Shown in pieces: positions 23,513 through 34,469 of a stretch of DNA of 64,000 bases. How positions within the stretch are numbered: the first letter of the stretch is position 1; the number at the start of each line of letters is the position of its first letter. The position numbers and the translations under genes were made by a program. A model generated the notes under the pieces. The model saw only the letters and a program-made list of their open reading frames with translations. It did no database searches and was not told the origin of the DNA. This DNA is from Macrostomum lignano (taxonomy: Eukaryota): assembly GCA_002269645.1 (NCBI GenBank), contig NIVC01000514.1, positions 310,001 to 374,000 on the forward strand. The letters are read 5' to 3'.

Positions 23513-25731
23513 TTCCAAGCTCAATTGACAATGTTTTGCTGCTGGTAAAAGTGATGTTGCTTACATTACAAAATTCAGCTGCAATTGTTTATAGAGAAGT
23601 AACTCTGAACTCAATTTCTTGCATTCAAATTTTGAATAAACAAATTTACTTTAGGAGTGTCCCACTGGCATTTATGAGGCAAAGCAATCATTATGCTCGT
23701 AAATAGTTTTTTTTATTTCTAGAAATGATAAATACAATCACAAAATGTTTCAATACCTCATTGTAGAAAACATACAGACATTCATCCTATGCTATAGCTT
23801 AGGCCTACACCCAGCATTATTAGTAATTAGTAAAAGTAAACAAAATAATGTAACTTAAAAATTCTTTGATTTTTTGCTTTCATTTTCTACATATTAGAAA
23901 CTTGAAATCATATTAAATATTATGTATTAATGTCTCACGTGACACTTAGGCTAGCAGCCTTATGCTTATAGGCATATTGGGATATATTATAAATGTGACA
24001 AAGGGGTTATATAGCAATTAGATCTATTCTATTAAAAAAGTAAAAAATTGACACATTGCCAATCTAGTTTTGCCTTCTGACATTTAATTATTGCTATTAC
24101 TATTTAGTTCTTAAGATAAGATTTAGTTCTTAAATCCTAGGCAATCAATGTTATGTAAATGGCATATACCAAGGAGCCTACAAAGTTTTGCCAAAGTTTG
24201 CCAAAGTTTTTGGTATATTGTTAGATATCTAGTCAATTCATCTGCTACCAAATTTTCTGTTGCCTATATCTTAGGCAATATCTTTTCCTTAGCTATATCT
24301 TTTCCCACCTTGCTGACACTATACCTCTTAACACCAGACCACACTACTGTGTTACATCTATGCCATGTATACGTATACTATGCCATACTTATTGCTATCT
24401 TACTAAGCCATGCCATGCCACACCATTGTACCATGCTACATTGTTATTAGGCTAATCTGTGTCTTTCTCCTTTCCCTTATTTTAACCAATGTAAAAGAAA
24501 TTTTAAAATTGAATAAATTTGCTTTTTATTATAAGTTTACTTTATAAAAATCATTTGACTTTAAACTTGACACAATTATTTATCACTTTATTTTCCATTT
24601 GAATATAAAGTCTCAAGTTTGCAACAATTAGAATGGAAGCTATGAGCATGTGAACTTTGCTTGCTTTTTGGTATTCGGGTTGCTTACTCAGAACATTCCC
24701 TAGATGGGTCAAGGCAATATGGCTGAGTACATAGCCAATATACAGTGTTTTGAAATAATTAGAATTATTTGTGTCCTAGTGGAAAGCCTTGGCTAGAATT
24801 TCTCACCAAAATGTTCTAGCTTTCTTGACTAAAAGTCTAAAACAGTTTAATAGTAGATAGGCAAGATGGAATTAACAAGATGGCCATGGTTTGTAAGCAA
24901 AAATCTATGAAAAAGTAATATACTAGACTTAATAAAATGAATTTTTCAACACTTCATTTTATTTAAAGCCACTTGAAAATTTAAATGTCTTAGAAAAAGC
25001 ACTGCTAAAGGATAGCATAGCATAGAGAAACTCTATTCATAGCATAGAGAAATTAGACAATACAGGTAGCTTTGCATAAACTAGATCAAGTGTAGTAGAA
25101 GGAAAACAAACCCAAAATAAAAACCTTCAACCATAGACAAGATCATAGACATCAGCAGCTAGTGCCAATGGTTTCCTACTAAGTTGTTTAACTCTCTGGA
25201 GCTAGGTCAGCAAACTTCAATGTATGAACCATATTTTCTCTCCCTTTCCTTTTCTCTCTACTCTCTATCTTCTCTTTTGACTTTTTATTCCTTTCTCCCC
25301 TTTTTCTTTCTTTCCTCCTTTCTCATTCTTCTTACTTTTTACTATAGTATATATTTTCTTTTTCTCTATCCCATTTTTCCTCTTTCCCCTCTTCTATTTC
25401 TTTATTTACTCTTTTTCTTTTCTTCCCTGTTTTCCTTCTTCTTTTTTCTCTCTCTTTTCTCCCTATTCTCTAGAATATTTAAGCAATATAATTAATTTGA
25501 TTTACCTTTTACTTAGTCTTAGATCCCAATATAATAATACAACCTAAAATCCTGCAAATGCCCAGCATAGGTTTATAAACATTAGGTTTAGGCATGGTAA
25601 ATTTTATATATGAATTATGAATATAAATGATTTTGCAATAGAGTGGTGTGGCACTAAAATGTATTATGTGGCGGACAATTATATAACATACATACAGTTA
25701 TTCCAATAGGTTTTTAGACAAGGGAGCATAA

Positions 25732-26518
25732 GGCTCATTCCATATAAGATGGACATTTTTGGAAAATAGAAAAAAGTCAATATTTTTGCCTGCCATTGCC
25801 TTATCAGCCAATTTTTTTACCAAATGTTTTTTATGTGTAATATCTACAATCTAAGAATAAATGAATGATAAAATGTTAGATTAGTATGCTATCAAGTGGC
25901 AAAAAGTCATTTTTGTAAAAATTTAAACATTTTTCTAAGCAAAAGACATCATTAAGTTTGTGTACCTTTTAAAAACAAATAGAAAGCTTTGGAAGGTTGA
26001 AACAAACTATAGATAAAAGTATAGTACTTGCATCATCAGATAAAAGTATTGGTGACCAAATAATCTATTATATTTTTAATATATTGGTACCTCAAAGTTA
26101 CTGAATTGACAGAAAAAAATATGTTACGACCATAATGTTACAACCATAAGGCTGCCTTTTCTTTTGTATCTTTGTTGCCTTTTTGAGTTTATATATTCTA
26201 CAAAAAGAGTATGATTACTAAAGATGTTCTGAGTCAAATTTTAAAAAATGTATTGCAAAATATCAAAAATAAAAATGTTATAAGACTTTTACCTTTTAGT
26301 TTCTATATGTCAAAAATCCTGTTGTTACGACCATAAGTGCCATTCAAGGTTTAATAGCATCTATACTAATGATGATATCTACATGAAACTCTATAAAAAT
26401 ATTTTTGACAAAATTATCTTTCATTTAAAATATTGGTTTAGTATATTCTATTATTATATTTCATTTTATAAGTAAAAATAGCCTGTCATGTTACGACCAT
26501 GCTTATATGGAATGAGCC
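25732..26518. mobile_element. Non-autonomous DNA transposon (787 bp), 17-bp perfect TIR, putative 4-bp TSD ATAA
   Basis: GGCTCATTCCATATAAG at 25732 and its reverse complement ending at 26518; ATAA on both flanks; internal repeated GTTACGACCAT motifs. Confidence 0.72.
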
Positions 26519-26696
26519 ATAACCAACATTTTTCTAATTAAAAGACTTATCTCAGGTAGATGCCAAGCCTACTATAAATAGAGGGTGCCAAGCTTACTAC
26601 AAATAAGAAGACACTAAGCCTACTATAAACAGGGTTAAGAAGTGCCAAGCTACTATAAAAGAATACTAAGCCTATTATAAAAGAAGAGGGTAGGTA

Positions 26697-26982
26697 CATA
26701 CATGCGCAGCCTCCAAAATTCAGTCGGCCGTGCGACTTAGTTTTAACAAAAATGCGATGTAGTTTTTGGCCAAAAATGTGACTTACATGTAAAAACGCAA
26801 TTAACGCAACTTTGGTAAACGGCAAGAGTAACTTTGACTGTCTTATAAAGTTAAAATGCCTCGTCAGCTGCTTAGTACTACTACTTGGTGTTTTTTCAGG
26901 TGGGCCTTTTTGCGACTTCCTTGGTTGGCTGCCAAATTGGTCGGCCGGATCGGCCAACTCAGCCGATTGTTGCACATGTATG
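26697..26982. mobile_element. MITE (286 bp), hAT- or P-like, 8-bp TSD GGTAGGTA
   Basis: TIR CATACATGCGCAGC versus CATACATGTGCAAC; GGTAGGTA at 26689-26696 and 26983-26990; interrupts a degenerate CCAAGCCTACTATAAAA repeat (about 26560-27150). Confidence 0.82.
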
Positions 26983-27513
26983 GGTAGGTACCAAGCCTAC
27001 TATAAAAGGGTAAGAAGGCAACAAGCTTACTATAAAAGGGAATATGCTAAGTCTACTATAAAAGAGAGGCAAGCCTACTATAAAGGAAGGCACCAAGTCT
27101 AAAAACTGGAAGTGATACCAAGCCTACTATAAAGAGGAAGGATACCAAGCCTACTTGGAGATACTTAAAGCTTACTTAAAATATATTAATATTATAATAA
27201 ATTTAATACTTAGCAAGAATTAACTATAGTCTATAAATATAAAAAAATAAATATAATACTTTTCTTTTAAGTCCAACTAATTTAGCTAATCACTAGATTA
27301 ACTTTTTTGTTTATAGCATTGGCATAGGACTAAGATACTCCTAAGTACCAATATCATATTGGACAAAGCTATTTTATATTTTTGTATCTATAAAAACAAA
27401 AAACACAAAAAAGTTTAACAAATGATTAAAAAAGAATTCCCAATTCTGCTATTGTCATTTAAAGGTTTATCCAAGTTAAGCTTTAACTTTTTTGGACCTA
27501 TCAGAACTTTTAA

Positions 27514-28027
27514 ACAACAACAACAACAAACAACAAAATATGCAACCCTGCATGCACAGTTGCAGTTAGAGCAAGGCGTGTCAAATGGCACGCGGCAAAG
27601 CCTAGGAGTGAACAAAGTCCACTAGCATTGCACAGCAGGCAGTCCATGTATCAACAGGTTTGGGCCTGACCCCACCTGAATGGGCCATGCAAGGTGAGCA
27701 GCAGGATATCCTAAATAGGTTGGGGCTAGTAGCCCTCAGCCCGAATCACGTGACCCACTAGTTGAGGTTGCTGCCAGAACAGAATGATGAACGGGCGCTG
27801 CAGCTTGGCCCAATTATATAGGGCCTCAGTCCCAATGCTTTCATCAACTCAAAAGGCCACACAGAGCAGCCCTGAGTGCGGCAAGTCTAGCTGCCACTCT
27901 AGCATAGCCATCAGCATCCATGTCTTCGCATTGTATAGCAGGATGGTTTCGACCATTACTTGCCATAGCCAAGCCCTCTGGCAGTTGGGCAGCACTTTGG
28001 ACTGGAAGATGGCTCAGATTGAATGAA
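27514..28027 (-). mobile_element. 5'-truncated, decayed RTE-like non-LTR retrotransposon (post-RT C-terminal region) with (TTG)n tail
   Basis: Minus-strand translation FHSI*AIFQSKVLP...VETILLYNAKTWML...LDLPHSGLLCVAF*...LVGHVIRA...LLLTLHGPFRWGQAQ matches the RTE-clade LLYxxETW and GHxxR motifs; (CAA)n at about 27514-27539. Confidence 0.8.
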
Positions 28028-28249
28028 AACTTTAAAACAAAAAGCCTAGGCCTATTAAAGGCATACTTTTGTATTGAACTATATGGCATATACTGAAACT
28101 ATAAGAATATAAGCCTAAGGCATATAGAAGGCCTTAGTAAATATAATTATAATAGCAAAAATAGTTATTTTCATGGTTAACACAAAAAACTTTTAGGCCT
28201 ACTTTCTAAATTAAGTAACAAACATGCAATATAGGCTATATAAATATAG

Positions 28250-28827
28250 GGCAATCTTCAAGTTTCGTTCGTTAAATTATTTTTTCGATGATTTCTGAAT
28301 TATCTTGCTCTGAGATGATTATTTTCGAGTTCTCCAGTGTACCCAGCCCTTTCCTAGTTGAGAAAGTAGCAGTTTTGTTAATATTATATATCTAATGTAC
28401 CGTAAAGCCGGAAATATAAGATGCAAACAAGCAAAGCTAACATGTAACGCTGAGTATAAACAGACAGAAATAGTAACACAGTGGGGTACAACAGGGGCAG
28501 TAGTAGCAGTCCAGTTCAATAGCAACAGTTTAGCACATAGAACTTAATGCTTAGACATTATAGTAATGTGCGATCCAGTATAGGATGTTCCCAAATGGAT
28601 TGACAGGGTGCAGATGGCGCCATATGATACCCTAATATGGGCCATAGACATTCCTTTGCCTACCAACGGCTTTACGGTACATTATATATATAATATTAAC
28701 AAAACTGCTACTTTCTCAACTAGGAAAGGGCTGGGTACACTGGAGAACTCGAAAATAATCATCTCAGAGCAAGATAATTCAGAAATCATCGAAAAAATAA
28801 TTTAACGAACGAAACTTGAAGATTGCC
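28250..28827. mobile_element. MITE (578 bp) with 161-bp near-perfect TIRs and 8-bp TSD AAATATAG (Merlin/MULE-like GG...CC termini)
   Basis: 28250-28410 is the reverse complement of 28667-28827 (one mismatch noticed); AAATATAG at 28242-28249 and 28828-28835. Confidence 0.92.
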
Positions 28828-31800
28828 AAATATAGGCCTAGTAATTAAAAACAAAGAAACATTTTAAATATATTAATACAATGTTAACTTTATATGGTTT
28901 TTGTTATTGACCTTAGCTAGCTAACTTATGAATGTTAGGCCTATTAAATTTATTCCAAGTGCAAGTTCTAACTTCCAATAGCTATAAAAATAGCCATTTT
29001 GCTTTTTAGGTATAGACTAGGGCCTACTAGTATAGTGACTACAAAAATAATAGGCCTAGGGCAGGCAAAGCTGTACTATTTAAAAGTAGCCTAGATAGTA
29101 TGAGTATACTTGTTTAAGTGTTGACCATAAAAAAACATCTTGCTATTTTTAGGCCTATAGTCACAGCAACAACTGCCATTTAAAAATCTTGTCTGGTATT
29201 TATTAGGCCTTAGGCCTAGGCTTGGTTGAAAAATACACACAAGATGCAATTGAATGGATCTAGGCTAGGCATACAGTGACTATTTGCAATTTTTTACTGC
29301 AAAAGCGTGAATTTTACTAAAAGCTACTCTAATCACATCGTCATCACATGTCATAGCCAAAGCCCCCTAGCTAGCTCATCCTCATCACTGGGCCCTCTTG
29401 ACTTTGGGCGCTTTCGAGTTGCCAAAAGAAAACTTATAAATTGTCTAATTTTTATTTCTCCTTCCTTCCTTTTCTCGCCGCTAGGCGATAGACCTCAGTG
29501 GTTTTAGTGTCTATTAGTGAGGCAGTGAATTTCTAATATCTAATTTTCTTTAAATGATGTTCGTTCGTAATCATCATGACAAGGAGCCTCTTCATATCGC
29601 CGGTTCGAAAAACGGAACTGGTTCCGAACCGGTTCGACGCTCTTCATATCGATGGTTCGAAAAACAGAATCAGTTCCGGAACATGGTTTTGGTTCTAGAA
29701 CTCGAATTTATTCTGGTTCTAGAACCGATTGCCGTGAAGATGCTCAAGCTTTCAAAAAAAATAGCTAGATTTTTTACTTTTAAAAATTTATTTGCAGTAA
29801 ACAAAAAACTTGTATAGTAAAAGTTTGTAAGAATTATAAAAGTAAATTTTCTTTAAGTAAGTTTTTTTTAATTTTATCTTATTTGCAGTTTGCCTAAAAA
29901 TAAAATACAAAAACAACTAAATTTTATTTTAAATTTCGTTTTGAAAGACTTTTAAGTTCAATTGTTGTTATAAAATATATTGCCGAGTTAAAACTAGTAT
30001 TTAATAAAATTGCAGTGAAAGCCCTACATTCTCTATTGATGGGTTGTTTATTTTATATTACTATCACAAGTAATTTATTTTAAGTATTCTTTTTGCCCAA
30101 TATAATACCAATAGTTACAATACTAATAGCTCTTACCAACCCAAGACCAGTACCAGTTGGACAAAAACTATTAATAACTGATAAGTATAGGATTCAGGAT
30201 TGCTTCTCATTTCTGTTGTCTGTAAGCCTGGTTTAGATAGCTTATTGCTATGCAAGTAGGCTTTAATTTTCAGATTAAGAGTTACAAAGTAACTTACTAT
30301 AAAGTATAAATGGAGAATTAATTTACTTTAATTAATTTATATATAGCCTAATTGAATTCTTCTTTTGATAATTGGTCAAGTAGTAAAACAGTCATGGAAC
30401 TTTTCATATCCTAAATTTAATTTTCTACAGTTTTGCAATGCATTTTACCTATTATGCCTTAATGCTTAAACATTGCAATCATTTTGTCTAAGTTAGATTT
30501 ATGTTAACAATAACAGTGACTTGGCTAATGAATAGTGGCTTGGCTTATGTCAAGACATAATGTTGTAAGACTATCTTGGCCTAGTGTTTTAAACTTTGTG
30601 CCATAGTCAAGAAGATGGCCTTTTTCATAGAAAATTCTGGTACACAAAAAGAGATTAGATGTGCACTATGCTAATGCATTTTGGCATAATAACAGGCAAG
30701 AAAGAAAATCCAACACAGTTAACAATGATTACTTTCTATGAAACAGATTCAAATACAAGTTTTACAAGCATTTTTTCAAATCGGGAAAATACTTATATTT
30801 GTGTTTTTTGTGTTTCTTTTTAAAAAGTTCTAATAGGTCTATACTGTATAAGTAGACTTATTTGATAAGAAAGAATAGTTTCGATGCATAGCAAAACTAA
30901 TTTTTTTGATTGGATTTGTTCTGGCACATGGTGCAATCAAATTTTTTATAGGATTTGTTTCAGCATAGGTGTGCTATGATCCTGGCTATGGACTTAATGT
31001 AACCATATATATTGTAAAACTATAGAATACATTGCAACAATGCTTTAAAAATCAGGCCTAAAATGCATAAGCAGACCATAGCATAGAAAAAACATTTTTG
31101 CCACTTTTCATAACAAATAATGTCTTATTAATTCTTTCTTATTATAAGCATAAGTAAGACATAATTCAGCATATAATTTTTTGTTTCTTAAATAGGGACA
31201 ATAAGGCCAACCTATGGCTATGGAAAGGTTCAAAAAATGACAATTTTTGTAAATTATTCAAGTATATCTAATGCAAAAGATAAGTTAAGTCAAGAATTAA
31301 AAAAGGTTATAATATTGCATTGGCTTTATATTTTATAAAGCCAAATTCCAAAACATTTTTTTTAGTTTCAAGAAAATATAATCCCAATGTTGGACACTAA
31401 TAAAAATCTTTGTGTGTATTACTAGCCAGAGCATGAGCTTTAAAACAAAATCTTAACTTATTAACAATTGATTTTGTTAAATTAAAAATTAATTGATTAT
31501 TAATAAGTAATAATCTATTAATGTTAATATAAAACATATGAATTTGATATTTTTTACAAAACTAACTCTATAATGCACTGTCTTTGCTTTTCATCTTTTA
31601 AGCTAACACTAAAAGAAATGTTATCTAAGCAATTTATGATTTATTAGGTAATAGGGAAAAATAGGTAATAGGGTAATAGGTAATAAGGAAAAAACTTATA
31701 CATAAATGGCTACTAAAGTAGTATAAAGTAAGAAAATAAACTTCTTTATTTGATAATTAAAAGTTAATAATTGATTGTTAACATTGAAAAAGAAGGTGTC

Positions 31801-31940
31801 AAAAGTTAGTTCATACTAGCACATTAAGCACCCATGGGGGATTCAATTTAAAGTTTAAATATTAATGAAAGCATGAAAAAAATTTTAATATTTGACTTGC
31901 TAACAAATTGATTTTTTCACTGTCTGAAATTTTAGATACT

Positions 31941-32507
31941 AGGGTCATCCTAAAAGTTCTATGTATCATTGAATTACTCCTACAAACTAATAACAATTTT
32001 GAAAAAACTGCACACAAACTTGCACCAATATCTGTAGACAACATTGATGAATTTTCATGAAAGATCTCAATGCAATTAGAAATAACAAGCTGAGTTGTCC
32101 AACACCTTCAGAGCAAGTGGACAGCTCTCACATTGACTTCTTAAACTGGCAAAGTGCAGCTCATACAGCATCACCAACTTAATAGGCAAGTGTCACAAGT
32201 AGAAGAGTAAATGAACTTGATAAGAATTTCATCATTTATTCTTGACTGACTGGCTGACTCATGACTGGTCAATGATGCTGCATCAGCTGCACTGTGCCAG
32301 TTTAAGAATTCAATATAAGAGCTATCCATTTGCTCTAAAAGTGTTGGACAACCCTTGCTTGTTATTTCTAATTGCATTGAGATTTTTTCATGAAAATTCA
32401 TCAATGTTGTGTGCAGATATTATTGCAAGTTTGTGTGCACTTTCTTCAAAATTGGGGCCAGTTTGTAGGAGTAATTCAGTGATATAGAGAACTTTTGGGA
32501 TGACCCT
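31941..32507. repeat. Old imperfect inverted repeat or foldback element (arms about 240 bp)
   Basis: AGGGTCATCCTAAAAGTTCT...CACAAACTTGCA...TTGATGAATTTTCATGAAA mirrored by ...TTTCATGAAAATTCATCAA...TGCAAGTTTGTG...ACTTTTGGGATGACCCT; moderately diverged. Confidence 0.85.
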
Positions 32508-34469
32508 CATATACTCATAATGTGCCAGTAAGCAATTTCTCTTAGACTATTCTGAAATAAAAGATATGAGCAAACTGATTACAGTAGCTTTAATCTATCC
32601 AACAAAACCCTCACACACTACACCTCTCTCCTCCCACTTTATTCCTCAACTGCAGTTGCATATAGTTGCAGTTGCAACTTAGTTGCATTACTTGCAAAGA
32701 TCAAAAGACTTTGCTTGCACTCTCAAAAGAGGCAACCACAGACAGAATCTTCTGTGATGATGACTTTTCAATGTCTAAGTATATATAAGCACACTACCAT
32801 AGTAAGCCTAATGGTGGGGCTCAAATTAAAAATTCAAACATTGAAAGCATTAAAAACTTTGTTTTTTTAAATATTTGACTTACTAACAATTGGTATAATA
32901 TAAATAAATTTTATATAAATATTATATACCAATTTGCCAAAAAAATCTTAATTAATTAACCCCATTAGCTACTGCCCTTATCTGCAACTGCACCACCCAG
33001 TGTTGTATTCATAAGATAAAACAAAAGATCAGAGCAGTTTAGAAGGTTGATAAATTTCAGGCCAGCTTTTTAACCTCCTATGCACTCACTCTTTTCATCA
33101 ACTGTCTATTAGACTGGATAGTAAACAATAATAAAATTCAACCAACCACACAAATTGCCAGCCCACCATGTGAAGGGTTAAAAAACTCTTTTAGCTTTAA
33201 TGTAAATTTATATCCTACATTGTACATTGGCCAAGGAAAGGCCTAAATGGTTGAACTGAACAATTGAATTTAGAAACAGAAGTGCCCATTGAAAGCATTA
33301 AATAAATTGTTATACAAATATTTGATCCATTTCCTATTCAAATAATTTTTATTGCTAATTTTTATTAAAAAGCTAGACAGTTCTCAAAAAAATCAATGAC
33401 AGACAGACAGACAGACAAACAATGCAAAATTAGTATATATATTTTAATAATAATAAAGGTAATAAGTGAGAATTTGTTATATTGCATAGTCATCCTCATA
33501 AAAAAGAGATTAATTAGGCATGCAGGTAAATTAAATTTGTAATGTAACTTCTTATCAGACATTTTTGTTCTTTCTTAGTGTCTTTGGGCTTATTGACATT
33601 GTCATTAGCATTAATAATGAAATTGCTATTAACTAACAAAATCTTAATAGCATTCTGTTAATGTTAATGAAAAATCTTAACATTTATTATTATTTATTAA
33701 TAGATTAACACTTATTAATGGACTTGTGCCCAACACTGTATCATCCCTTATTTTTATAAGTATTACAGTTTTTAAAAAAGCCATTTTTAAAAAAAGATGA
33801 TAACCTTGTTGGTATTTTATTTAGTAGCTAACTATGCTAAATATATTTTAGAAGTCTTTTGACAAAATGTTTTTTCTATTTTGTCAAGTTCTAATTTACT
33901 TTTTATTCTGCATTAAAAGTTTTACAACTATATATTCATTTTATTTGTACTATTTGTGACTATGATATTATCCACTTATGGTGATCTTCCAGTTTGTTTC
34001 CTGGTTTTCTTTTCAAGTTTGAATTGGTGCTGCAACATAGTGTCATAGTAGAAAATGATGTCTATGGTCAAAAGTAATAGGAAATGGCATTAGAAAATGC
34101 TCTAGCTTTTATATCTGATCTACTGCTTTAACTGTATATTAGACTAGCTAAATTTGCTTCTTTCCTTGGTTGTGCACCTTGTAATTTTGCTACATTTAGA
34201 AAGAGATAAAGACAGGAAGCCTTAGCTGCTTCACCATAGGCTTAGTCTCATTTAGTAGTCTTTATTATCATTATCATAAATTATAAATATACCATGATTC
34301 TGTCTAAAACCGAGACAGCCAAACTAACCAATGACACAAACTAAATAGTAGTAAAGTGCATTGCTAGCAAAAGTATTTCACAACTATGAATTATTTGTAT
34401 CTTTGTATTTGCATTGTTTTTTGCCGCAAACTGCTGCAGCGCCATCTCGCACGCGCAGACTAAAAGCCA

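Noticed and set aside
25184-25495. 103-aa hydrophobic ORF resembling a membrane protein
   Set aside because: Low-complexity T/C-rich tract in the AT-rich TE region; its codon usage is unlike the host genes.
28830-29225. Recurrent TAGGCCTA palindromes (also near 2845-3010)
   Set aside because: Short motif with irregular spacing; I cannot distinguish it from compositional bias or TE debris.
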